Source: an uncultured delta proteobacterium
Lineage (GTDB): Bacteria; Desulfobacterota; Binatia; Binatales; Binataceae
Direction: 5' to 3'
Assembly: GCA_963808235.1 (NCBI GenBank)
Contig: CAWEEQ010000004.1
Coordinates: 1,248,001 to 1,312,000, forward strand
DNA: 64,000 nt
Part shown: one piece after another, positions 31,311 through 41,763 of the stretch
How the letters are laid out: the number at the start of each line of letters is the position of its first letter
Position numbering within the stretch: position 1 is the first letter of the stretch
The notes under the pieces: model-generated
Seen by the model: the letters and a program-made list of their open reading frames with translations, nothing else
What the model was told of the DNA's origin: nothing
The model's database searches: none
Position numbers and translations under genes: made by a program

Positions 31311-32651
31311 ATGGAAAAAGTTCATCTACTCACGCTTGGATGCCCCAAGAATCTCGCCGACAGCGAGCTGATGCTCGGCGCGCTGAGCGCGGCCGGCTTC
31401 GAGATCACGCTCGATCCCGAAGAGGCGCAGGTGCTGCTGGTGAACACGTGCGCGTTTATCGAGGCGGCGAAGAAGGAATCGATCGACGCGATCCTCGAGG
31501 CTGCGGAGGTAAAGAAGCGCGGCGCGGGGAAGCGGCTGGTCGTCGCGGGATGCCTGTCGCAGCGCTACGCCACGGAACTCGCAGCGACGATGCCGGAAGT
31601 AGACGTCTTCGTGGGCACCGGTAATTTTCTTGATCTGCCGGAATTGCTGCGCCGCACCGAGTCTCCGGAGAACCGCCCGATTCCGTACGCGGGCGCGGCT
31701 CACTTGCTGCCGACCGCCGCGATCCCGCGAATCAAGACCGGAGATTTCTTCACCTCTTACTTGAAGATTTCCGAAGGCTGCAATCACAAGTGCGCCTTCT
31801 GCATCATTCCGAAGATTCGCGGACTGCATGAGAGCCGCCCTCTCGCCGATTTGGTGGCGGAGGCGCGCAATCTCGCGGCCACCGGGGTTCGCGAGATCAA
31901 TCTGATCGCGCAGGATTTGACCGCATATGGCCGCGACCTCGATTCGCCGTCGTCGCTCGCCGCGTTGCTGCGAGAACTTTCAGCCGTCGAGGAACTCCGC
32001 TGGATTCGGCTCCTCTACTGCTATCCGAACTTCGTGAGTGCCGAGTTGCTCGACGCGATCGCCGAGCTTCCCAAGGTGGTCAAGTATATAGACATGCCGC
32101 TGCAGCATGCCGACGATGCGATCTTGCGTGCGATGCGCCGCGAGCGCTCCGGCGCCGCGCTGGTTAAACTGCTCGATCGGATTCGCGCGCGGATTCCCGG
32201 CGTCGTGCTGAGGACCTCGTTCATCGTCGGCTTCCCCGGCGAGACCGATGCCGCATTTCAGCGCCTGCAGGATTTCGTTTGCAGCGAAAAGTTCGATCGG
32301 CTGGGAGTGTTTACTTACTCGCGCGAAGAGAACACCAGCGCCTTCGACCTGGCGGATCAGGTGCCGGAACGGATCAAGCGCGCCCGGCGCGCCGAACTGA
32401 TGACGACGCAGGCGGAAATTTCCCTGGGCAAGAATCACGACCTGGTCGGACGCGAAATGGAAGTGCTGGTCGAAGGCCCGATGCCTGGGCGCTCGAACCG
32501 GCTACGCGCACGAACCTCTGGCCAGGCGCCGGAAATCGACGGCTCCGTGTTCCTTGCCGGCGACGCCGAGGCTGGAGAATTTGTCCGCGCACGAATCGAC
32601 AAGGCGCTCAGTTACGACTTGCATGCGACCGTGACCGATGCGGTCGCTTAA
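31311..32651 (+). CDS. rimO: Ribosomal protein S12 methylthiotransferase
   Basis: LGCPKNLADSE, NTCAFI, radical SAM CNHKCAFC, APEIDG in the TRAM domain. Confidence 0.95.
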   Translation: MEKVHLLTLGCPKNLADSELMLGALSAAGFEITLDPEEAQVLLVNTCAFIEAAKKESIDAILEAAEVKKRGAGKRLVVAGCLSQRYATELAATMPEVDVFVGTGNFLDLPELLRRTESPENRPIPYAGAAHLLPTAAIPRIKTGDFFTSYLKISEGCNHKCAFCIIPKIRGLHESRPLADLVAEARNLAATGVREINLIAQDLTAYGRDLDSPSSLAALLRELSAVEELRWIRLLYCYPNFVSAELLDAIAELPKVVKYIDMPLQHADDAILRAMRRERSGAALVKLLDRIRARIPGVVLRTSFIVGFPGETDAAFQRLQDFVCSEKFDRLGVFTYSREENTSAFDLADQVPERIKRARRAELMTTQAEISLGKNHDLVGREMEVLVEGPMPGRSNRLRARTSGQAPEIDGSVFLAGDAEAGEFVRARIDKALSYDLHATVTDAVA

Positions 32652-32674
32652 ATATACGGGGAGTCGCAAATCCG

Positions 32675-33127
32675 ATGACCAGCAAACCAGTTGCCGCCGA
32701 CCGAAAGAAGTTTCTGACCAGCGCGCGCGAGAACTTGCTCGAGACCAAAGCGAAACTGCTCGGCGTCATCGACTCGGAGTTGCGCGCCGAACGCGAGAGC
32801 AACAAGGACGAGGGCATGGATACTTACGATCTCGCGTCCGAAGAGCGCGATCGCGAAATCAATTTCATCCTCTCGGACCGCGAACGCGTGAAGCTGCTGC
32901 AGATTGACGAGGCGCTCGAGCGTCTCGACGACGGCACCTATGGAGTTTGCGAGTCGTGCGGCCTCGAGATCGCCGAGGAGCGCCTCACTGCGATGCCGTT
33001 TTCCAGGCTTTGCCGCGATTGCCAGCAAGACCAGGAGCGCGAAGCCAAGTCGCAGCGCCGCTACGATGACGAGCCCAACGCCTATCGAAAGGTTGGTTCA
33101 ACCGACGCCGACGACGAAAGCGTCTGA
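32675..33127 (+). CDS. dksA: DksA/TraR C4 zinc-finger transcription factor
   Basis: DxxDxA motif (DTYDLA); YGVCESC...RL.AMP...LCRDC. Confidence 0.85.
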   Translation: MTSKPVAADRKKFLTSARENLLETKAKLLGVIDSELRAERESNKDEGMDTYDLASEERDREINFILSDRERVKLLQIDEALERLDDGTYGVCESCGLEIAEERLTAMPFSRLCRDCQQDQEREAKSQRRYDDEPNAYRKVGSTDADDESV

Positions 33128-33275
33128 TCGCTAGTTGAGCCCGATCCGTCGAAAATATCCCGCCAGGTTGAGGGGCGATTGCGGCAGGCATTGTCTGCCG
33201 GACCCTTCAAACATAGCATCTTAACCAGCGTCGCTTGCGGGACCATTTTACATCGCATACGAGGGGCGGGACCGA

Positions 33276-34224
33276 TTGATGCGGATATTTTCCGATCTTG
33301 AGACGGATGGCGCGGTCAGGCCGCACGCCGATCTCGCTTTTTCGCGCGAAAGAATTCGCGCCAATCTGGCCGGCGTAGGCGCGACGATTGCGCTTGCGAG
33401 CGCTCGGGGCGGCGTCGGCAAGAGTGTAGTCGCCGTGAACATCGCGGCGGCGCTCGCGCTCAAGGGCAAGAAAGTTGCGATCGTCGACGCGGACCTCAAT
33501 TCTCCGAGTGTCGCGGCGATGCTCGGGATGAAGCCGCAACGAAATTTTCCGATGGTCGAAGGTATCGAGCCGGCCGCGGGGCCCCATGGTTTGCGCACGG
33601 TCTCGAGCGCGCAGCTAAACGGCGGCGAGGCCTCCGGCAATCAGCTTTGCGCAACACTACGAACAAACTGACGGTGAAAACGACGGTCAGGCTGTCACAC
33701 CTGCGCGACTGAATTCGCCCATACTCGGCTACACGGAAGCTCTGACTCGACTATTCGCACAAACTCAATTCGGTAACGTGGATCTGTTGATAGTCGATCT
33801 CGCGAGCGGGCTCGATCGCCTTCACTCGGTCGCTGCGATGGTTTCGCTCGACGGCGTGCTGCTGCTCAGTCATCCGTCGGAGCACGCTGCCCATGCCGCG
33901 CGCCATGCCTTCGAAATCGCGAGCATGATCGGCGCGCCGATCGTTGGCATCGTCGAGAATATGATTGGATTCAATTGCGACGGATGCCGCTCGGTGAGGC
34001 CGTTATGGCCGGAGGGCGATCTGCACGGCGTCGCGCGCGAGCACAAAGTGCCGATCATCGCGCGGCTGGCGTTCGAGCCGCGCCTCGCCGACAGCAGCGA
34101 TCGCGGCGTACTGTTCGTCCGCGAGCACGCATCCACGCCGACCGGCAAGGGCCTTATCGATCTCGCGAGCAAGGTCGAAGCGATCATCGCGACTCGCGCC
34201 CGCTCCGCACAGACGCCGGCCTGA
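33276..34224 (+). CDS. Mrp/NBP35 (ApbC-like) ATP-binding protein, frameshifted near 33650-33710
   Basis: SARGGVGKS, VDADLNSPS in 33276..33671; DLLIVDL, GIVENM...CDGC in 33778..34224. Confidence 0.8.
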
Positions 34225-34225
34225 C

Positions 34226-36016
34226 TCAATCCGTATCAGAATCTTCGAGGTCGTTGACGCCGGTCATCACCGACTCGGCGCGGCGCGAATATTCGAACAT
34301 TCCAGCGCCTCGATGCGCTCCGGCGCGGAAGCTCGCGAAGCCAAGCGACGTATAGATGCGTGATTGTTCGGGTCCTGGCCGTGAAAGCGGGATGAAGCAT
34401 TCGGCGCGGCCTTCGAAGTCGAACGTCGATCCGTCGGGATTGGCAATCGACGCGGAAATGCTCTCAGGCGGTTCTTCGACAGAGGCGGTCTCGATTGAGA
34501 GTTCGTGGAGTTCGCACGCAGACCATCCGGTGGCGCGAAGAATTCTCGCGCTCTGAGCCGGGAACGCATCGTCAGTCTCGACCGATCGAGCTTCAAGCGC
34601 GCGCGGCGCTCCATCTCCTTCGAAGCATGCCCACAGCATTCGTCGAGCGGAGAACTTCTGCGGCCCCAGTCCGGTGAAGGACATCCCGGCGCGCGCGTAA
34701 CCGGTCACGGCCAGCGCCTTGCCGTCGACGCAGACACTTCCGGCAATTCGGCCGAACGCGGCGCTCGAAGAGGGCGCCGCCGCCGAGTCGGCGGACACCG
34801 ACAGAATTCGATCGAAGTTGAAATCAGTGTCTCCGCGGCCAGATTCGATCTGGAAACGGATTTCTACGTTCATCGCGTGATCGAGCCGGCCCGATGCCAA
34901 CGCGCGTTCGATACTCAAGTACGCGGTCGCATCAGGGACGATCACCGCTGGACCGCGAAACGAAAGGACGATCGCATCGCCCTCGCGCGTGAGCGATAGC
35001 GGCCCGTGCGCGACCGAGCTTTCCGAACGCGTCGGACGGCCCTCGGCGGTGAACAGTGCCGCGCGGCGGCTGTCGAACAGGACCATGATTCGCGCGCCCA
35101 TGCCCGCGCCGCCGACATCGAAGCTCGCCATTGCGCCGATGCGCGCGATGGGATCGAAGAACTCGAGACCGACTCGCCCTGGCGCGGCGCCCGTCGCCGC
35201 GGCGCCGATTTCCGGCCTTGCGATGTGCGGCCGCGGCGCGCGATTGACGACCATCCGAGCGGGTGACGGACGCGGCGCAGAGCCGTTTGGCGAGAATGCC
35301 GCCGCGATAGCTTCCTCGCATCGCGCGCGCAATTCGCCGGGCATCCGCAGCGCCACGGACAGTTCGAGTTGCACGGCGTCGACGCCGCCGCCGACGGAAG
35401 TTTCGGAAATCTTCTTCAGTGCGGCAATCGGACTCTCGCGATGACGCGACGAAAATGCCTGCAACAGATTCTGCAGGCCACCGCCCGGATAGCGCATCCC
35501 ATAGCTCGGCATGATGTTATGCGCGCGCAGCCGCTCAGCCAGATCGGTCAAGGGGCCGTGGATGAAATCGTCGCTCGCCGAGACGCAGGCCGAGCCCGGC
35601 GGGCAGAGTTCGCCGCCAATGTTGCGCAAGCCAAGGCCGATATCGACGCGCGGCTCGATTATGTTCCATCCGTGAACGAGCAGCACTATCGCGTGGCCGT
35701 GACGGGCGACAATCTCTGCGGTTCGGTCCGCGATCATCTCGAGCAACCACGGCGCCTGCTCGACGATCTGCGAAAGTCGGTTGCAGTCAAGCCGGTTACG
35801 ATCCATCCCGATGTTGATTAGCGCCGACGCGCCGAGACGAATCGCAAGTGTGCGCGTGATGTCGGCGGTATGAAGGTCGTTTACTTTCGGATTGAGCAGT
35901 GAGCGAGTGCGCGGCTCCGCGCGTCCACCGTGCGGCGCGATCAGTAGAAACGGCGAATCGGAATCGATCACCTCGAGCCATGAATCGGGCGCGCGATTGA
36001 GCATGGATTCAGGCAT
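34226..36016 (-). CDS. Hypothetical two-domain protein: N-formylglutamate amidohydrolase-like N-terminus plus beta-rich C-terminal domain
   Basis: LIAPHGG...DLHT...LDCNR...LLVHGW...AVQLEL resembles the FGase/Zn-hydrolase pattern; C-terminal half ends in GAGMFEYS; last gene of the lipid operon. Confidence 0.6.
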   Translation of the reverse strand: MPESMLNRAPDSWLEVIDSDSPFLLIAPHGGRAEPRTRSLLNPKVNDLHTADITRTLAIRLGASALINIGMDRNRLDCNRLSQIVEQAPWLLEMIADRTAEIVARHGHAIVLLVHGWNIIEPRVDIGLGLRNIGGELCPPGSACVSASDDFIHGPLTDLAERLRAHNIMPSYGMRYPGGGLQNLLQAFSSRHRESPIAALKKISETSVGGGVDAVQLELSVALRMPGELRARCEEAIAAAFSPNGSAPRPSPARMVVNRAPRPHIARPEIGAAATGAAPGRVGLEFFDPIARIGAMASFDVGGAGMGARIMVLFDSRRAALFTAEGRPTRSESSVAHGPLSLTREGDAIVLSFRGPAVIVPDATAYLSIERALASGRLDHAMNVEIRFQIESGRGDTDFNFDRILSVSADSAAAPSSSAAFGRIAGSVCVDGKALAVTGYARAGMSFTGLGPQKFSARRMLWACFEGDGAPRALEARSVETDDAFPAQSARILRATGWSACELHELSIETASVEEPPESISASIANPDGSTFDFEGRAECFIPLSRPGPEQSRIYTSLGFASFRAGAHRGAGMFEYSRRAESVMTGVNDLEDSDTD

Positions 36017-36030
36017 TCAGATCGACGCTG

Positions 36031-36788
36031 CTACGTACGCGCGTTCAGTGCGGCTCGTGCGTGGAGAATAAACGACGCAATGAAGTAGTAGGCGATGAAA
36101 CTCAGCGCCGCCCACAGCATCAGGGGATTTACTGTCGGGCAACATGAAGAGCATCGCGACCGTGATGACCGCCCAGATTATTCCGAGCGTCAGCGTTATC
36201 GCCCGAAGTGGCACGGTGCGGTTTGGATATATGTACCTTCATCGGCACGAGGACCATCACGCCGAGAAGCAACAGGACGGCCACATTGAATAAAGTTCCG
36301 TAGCCGAGGCAGAACAGGTAGAACGCGACCAGGTTCCAATAATTCGGGAAGCCGAGAAAATAATGATCGTCAGTCTTGGCGCGGGTCTGGCAAAATCCAT
36401 AGACGCTCGCGAGCATGATGAAACACGCAAGCCCGAGGCCCCATCGCGAGCCCGGAATGATTCCCGCCTCGAGCATCAGGAACACCGGCGCGACCGTGTA
36501 GGTGAGGTAATCGACAATATTGTCGAGCAGTGCGCCATCGAAGGACGGCACTCGCATTTTGACCATCAGCATCCGCGCGAGCGGGCCGTCGCTCGAATCG
36601 ATGATCGTCGCGGCGCCCATTGCCAGGAACGAGGCGCGATAGTCGCCATGGGCCGCGGTGAAAATCGCGATCAGGCCGAGCGCCGCGCCGAGTGCCGTGT
36701 AGAGATGCACGCCCCAGGCGCATACCGTGAGAAATGCCTGGCGCGGAATCGCGCGAGGCAAACTTTCGGCTGCACCTGGTGAGGTCAA
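36031..36788 (-). CDS. pcs: Phosphatidylcholine synthase-like CDP-alcohol phosphatidyltransferase, frameshifts near 36240 and 36120
   Basis: AWGVHLYTALG, IDSSDGPLAR...P.FDGALLDNIVDYLTY...P, KTDDHYFLGFPNYWNLV as in Pcs; C-terminus reconstructs through LRAITLTL... to FIAYYFIASF...RT*. Confidence 0.8.
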
Positions 36789-36789
36789 G

Positions 36790-37326
36790 TCATTTGTCCG
36801 GCTTGTAGTCGCGCGGTCCGAAATAATCTTCGAGCACCGTCATGAAGGGACCGCACGCGCGTTGTTTCTTGACTAGCATCATCGCCTCATCGAGCGACAT
36901 CCGCCGATACGCGCGCAGAAACGCGATTGCGAGCGTCGGCGCGCGATTCATTCCAGCGTTGCAATGCAGGTAGACGCGCCCGCTCGAATCGACCAGCTCG
37001 CGCAATTCGTGTAGCGCAATTTCGAGCCGCTCAGCCATCGCGTCCGCGCTGCCGTCCTGGATCGGGGTGCGAACATAATCGATTCCGTGCGCGTCATATT
37101 CACTGCGCAGGAGTGTCGGATCCAGACCATTCAGGCGCAAGTCTTCGTCGTCCTGCAGATTGTGCACCGCAGCAATTCCAAAGGTATCCTTCAGCCAGCC
37201 GATATCGTCCTGCCCCGGATATTCGCCGACCAGCAGTTCGTCGGATATCACGCTGACCGACGGACGCCGCCCGTTTCGAGTCGGTCGTGGATCGTGATCG
37301 TGCCGCTTGCTGAACCAATCAACCAT
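36790..37326 (-). CDS. Dual-specificity phosphatase (DSP/PTP family)
   Basis: CX5R loop VYLHCNAGMNRAPT; PIQD general-acid loop. Confidence 0.9.
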   Translation of the reverse strand: MVDWFSKRHDHDPRPTRNGRRPSVSVISDELLVGEYPGQDDIGWLKDTFGIAAVHNLQDDEDLRLNGLDPTLLRSEYDAHGIDYVRTPIQDGSADAMAERLEIALHELRELVDSSGRVYLHCNAGMNRAPTLAIAFLRAYRRMSLDEAMMLVKKQRACGPFMTVLEDYFGPRDYKPDK

Positions 37327-37403
37327 AACCCAAATGTAACCATCCGCGGGGCCGGTATTCCAGCGCCACCGCGGTTTGCCCCGAAATGCCCGGCATTTGT
37401 GCG

Positions 37404-40400
37404 TTAAGCCTTGGCGTGTCCGCGCGGATTTTCGCGCGATCGTTCGGCTTTGCCAACCACCGGCGTCGACGATTCAGGAACCGCGGAGGGCGCGGGAAGA
37501 TCCTTCGATGCGGATAATCGTAGTCTTCGATTCGAGCCGGCGAGCGCGATAACCGTGTCGCGCATAAAGTCGGCGAGTTTGCGATAAGCGCCGGCGCCTT
37601 CGGAGCTGTCGGCGAGATCGCGTATTTCGGCGGCGGTGATCGCGCCCCCGATTCGGACTTCGACCGCGGAACGCCGCGGGACGAGACTGCCCTTGCCCAT
37701 CACGTCGTGAGTGCCGCGAATCAGCACCGGCAGCACGTCGCACTTGGCGCGCAACGCGAGAAATCCAGCGCCGCTCTTGAACTCATGAATTTCGCCGTCG
37801 GCTGAGCGCGTGCCTTCGGGAAACATCAGGACGCTTCTTCCTTGCGCGAGTTCGGCGAGCGCGTCTTCGAGCGATTCGAGTTGCGCGCGTTCGCGGTCGA
37901 ACGGCATCAGTGTCGTAAAATTCGACGCGAGAAAGCGCCGCGCCGGAGTGTTGAAGAAATAATCCTTGGCCGCGAGCACCCGAAGATCGTCGCCGATCGC
38001 ACCGAGCGCGTAACCGACCAGGCTGAAGTCGAGATGGCTCGAATGATTCGCGACTACGATAAAATTTCGATTTGCGGGGATGTTGCCGCGCCCGAGAATT
38101 GTCGGCTTCAGCCATCCGTCGAAGATCGCCCGCTCGGCGCCACGAACTGTCGCGCGCCCGAGCCATTTGAGCGGCGCCGGCAGATGAAATGTGTACGGCT
38201 CGGCAAACTTCGCGTAGGACGGCATCCGCTGGCGCCCGTTTCCGTTCGGTTGCGTAGACAACCGCTGCAGGTCCGCGACGCTGCGCAGGTCGGCGATCTC
38301 CTCGGGAGCTATATCGCGGCCCGCACGCTGGCCGATAAGCTCGCCGATCTCGGCCAGCGCGAGCGAATCGAGCCCGAGGTCCTCGATCAGACGCGTCGCC
38401 GGAGTGATATTGACCGGCTCCGACGCGATCATAGCCAGCGCCTCGGCGAGCCAGGTTTCTACTTCTGAATTGGCGGCGTCAGTCGCGACATCTTTGACCC
38501 GGACGTCGAGCATCCGGCGCAGTATCGCGGCGACCTCGTTGCGTTTGATTTTGCGGGTGCGCGTCCGTGGCAGTTCCGCATCGACATAACGGATAATCCT
38601 GATTCGCTTGTGCGCGCCGAACTCGCCCGCGACTTTCTCGAAATCGCCGCGCAGCCGATCCTCGACCGCGCGCCGGGTCTCTCCGCGCGAATACGCCGGC
38701 ACGACCAAGGCCGCGACCTGCTCGCCCTTACCGACCTTCAGTCCGACGACCGCCATCTCCTTCACGTACTGCGAACGGCCGTAGGCTTCTTCGAGTTCGT
38801 CTATATAGATGTTGTTGCCGCCGGAATCGACGATGACTTCCTTCGCACGCCCGACAACATACAGACGCCCGTCGCCGTCAAATCTCCCGAGGTCTCCGGT
38901 GTGAAGCCATCCGTCGCGAATAACTTCCGCCGTGGCCGCCTCATTGCGATAGTAACCCGCCATCACGTTCGGCCCGCGCGCCACGATTTCGCCGATCGAT
39001 TCACCTTCGGGATCGAGCTTGATCTCGACTCCGGTCAGCGGCTTGCCGACCGACCCTACCTGGTGCGCCTCGTCGGGTCGCGCGACGGCGAGCACCGGCC
39101 CGGCTTCAGTCAGGCCGTAACCCTCGAGCAGCGGAATTCCGATATCATTGAAAAAATCCGCGACTCGATGGGGCAGGGCGGAGCCGCCGCTGACCGCCAA
39201 CTTAAGCCGCCCGCCGAGCGCGGAATGAACCTGGCGAAATACGATCGAACCGAAGTTGAGGCCGGAGCCCGCGTCCAGCCGGCGATTGAGATCGCGCAGA
39301 TTGTCGAACGCCGCGTGGTAGAAGGGCCCGCGCTCCTCGACTTCGTCAACTATTCGCCGATGCACCGCCTCCCACACCGCAGGCACTCCGATCAGCGCGG
39401 TCGGACGCACGTCTGCAAGCGTTCTGGACAATGTCTTCGCGTCAATTTCCAGCGGGTAGACGATCGTCGCCCCACTCGCAAGCGGCAGCAGCATCCCGCA
39501 GGTGAACTCAAACGTATGATGAAGCGGCAGCAGCGACAGCACGACGTCATCGGCGCCGAGGACGAAGACTCGCGAGAGCATCGCGATCTCCGCGGCGAAA
39601 TTCCCATGCGTCAGCATCACGCCCTTCGGCGCGCCGGTGGTGCCGGAGGTAAAGACCAGAGAGGCGAGCGCCTTGCGTTCGTGCTGGGCGGGCGGCGCTT
39701 TCGCTTCGCCACGTAAAATGAACGGTCGCCCCAGCTCGGCAATGTCGAGCTGGAGAATCTTGCGGTTCATATCGCCGAACGCGTCGCCGAGGCGTTTGTG
39801 CACCGCGCTCGATCGAAGCGCGGCCGCCGGCTCGGCGATCTTGCAGATCGGCGCCAGTTCCTCGGCGGAAATCAAATGATCGAGCGGCACCGCGACCGCG
39901 CCCGCACATAGAATCGCAAAGTAGCCGAGCACCCAGTCGGGCGAGTTCTCGCCGATCAACAGCACTCGATCGCCCGGCTTGATGTTGCGCGTCGCGAGCA
40001 GCAGTGCCCCCCGATGCGCCTTGTCGCGAAGCTCGCGGTAGGTAGTCTGCGTCTGCTCGCCCGAGGGCCGCCGCGCGATCATTGCTACCTGCGATCCATA
40101 ACGCTCTGCCGCACGATCGAGCATGTCGACGAGGTTGCGATGACGCGGCAGGGATTTCGGGCGCCCGCGCGTATGCAGGTCGAGCTGCGGAAAAATGTGG
40201 CGGCGCAGTCCCGGCAGATGGACGTTGAGCCAGTAGTCGTGCCAATCGATCAAGTCGGGGCGAAACGGATGATGCGCAGCGTCGGCGGGCTTCAGCGTCG
40301 CATAGAGCGCGCGAATATTTCCGCCATGAAATGTGTAAACTAGCTCCTGTATGTAAGGCCGATAAACCTCGACTAGGTCGCGCGCGATATCGGTGTTCTC

Positions 40401-41763
40401 CTTGAATTTCCGGATCTCGCTTTCGATTTTCTTCGCGCGTTGATTTTCCGCGCCGACTACGTTGCGGACTAGCTCCGCGCCTTGCTCGAGAACTCGTGGA
40501 ATCGTTCGGCTCGCCAAATCGTAGGTGTTCTGCGACACCACGACCGCCTCCAGATGGCGCCCGAGCCAAGCCATTGAGCCGCTTTCCTTGCGATGCTCGC
40601 GGCGATTGCTGAGCCCGGTAAGCTCGACCAGCCGGCGCATCGGAAGCGGATTCCGATCCGACGTGCAGAGCTGGTAGATGGGCTTTTGCTTGCGGAGAAG
40701 GAGCGCGGCGAGAATCGGAATCATCGCATGCGCGGCGAGATCGACCGGGATCACATCGAGCACCAGGTCGGCCTTCGCCGGATAAAAGCGGTAACCGCGC
40801 CCCGCAAGATAAGTCAGCGGAGCGCTGGTGTTGACCCCCTGGTTCCAGCCGGGAAAAGGATCGCGAAGCGCACTTTCGATGACCGCCGGGCGCACGACGG
40901 TGACGTTCAATCGCCCGCGCTCGGCGAGCACAAGCTGCTCGCCGAGACTTTTCGTATAGCTGTACGTGTTGGGCCAACCCCAACTCTGCGCGCGCTTGCG
41001 TCCAACGTCCTTGAGCCGCTCTTCAACCCACTGCTTGCGGCGATGCTCGACCGCTGACTCGCGCGGACTCTCCGCGTCGAGGTCGTCGTCGCCGCGAAAC
41101 TCCGCGTGGCGGACTTGGTCGCGCGATTCCGCCTCGACCCGCGCGATCGCCGCGAGCGCGTCGCGAATCTCCCGCTCCAAGCGGAACGACTTGCGCCCGC
41201 TCGGGCACCAGTCTTCGGGGATGTCGTCTTCGTAACGATGCCCATCGGCAACTCCCGCCACGTAGCACGTCGATACGTGCAGCATCGCGGCGCCGAGGTT
41301 CGCACAGAACTCGATCACGTTGGCAACGCCGGTGGCGTTCACCTCGATCGCTTTTTCCAGCGACGCTTCGAAGTTCACCAGTCCTGCGCTATGCACCACG
41401 GCGTCGAGACTGCCCGGCTTGAATGGTTTCGCCTCGTCGCCGAGAAGACCGTCGTTGGTGATGTCACCTGGCACGACGATGATCTTTTCCTCGACGTGGC
41501 GATCGAACTGCTCGCCGAAGTGCTCGCGAACAGGGCGTCATCGCAGGCGAATCGAGAATCTCGCGCCGGAAACGGCCGAGACTGCTGCGCAGATCGCCGC
41601 GGATGAGCAAATAGATTTTCTCGATCTCAGGATGCCACCGAAGCATCATCGCGAGAAAAACTTTGCCGAGAAATCCGGTCGAGCCCGTCAGGAGAATTCG
41701 CCGGCCCTTAAACACCTGCTCGAGCGGCGGCATTGCGAGCCTATTTTTGCCGTTACTCGACAT
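37404..41763 (-). CDS. elbD: Multidomain fatty acyl reductase - adenylation - ACP - acyltransferase enzyme (ElbD-like), frameshift near 41530
   Basis: FAR: LLTGSTGFLGK, HVSTCYV, WPNTYSYTK, RPAVIES; adenylation: FTSGTTGAPKG, EGYGLTE, HTGDLG; ACP: DLGLDSL; PlsC-type: NHSSHLD, FPEGTRS. ORFs 41464..41769 and 37404..41474 join via ...REHFGEQFDRHVEEKIIVVPGDIT. The symbol rests on domain architecture. Confidence 0.8.

Noticed and set aside
26556-33127. rnj-ftsK-lolA-rimO-dksA block as a novel system
   Set aside because: Ordinary housekeeping genes; rnj-ftsK and ftsK-lolA adjacencies are widespread.
37404-41763. NRPS/PKS secondary-metabolite cluster
   Set aside because: No condensation or ketosynthase domain; N-terminal FAR and C-terminal PlsC-type domains indicate lipid synthesis.
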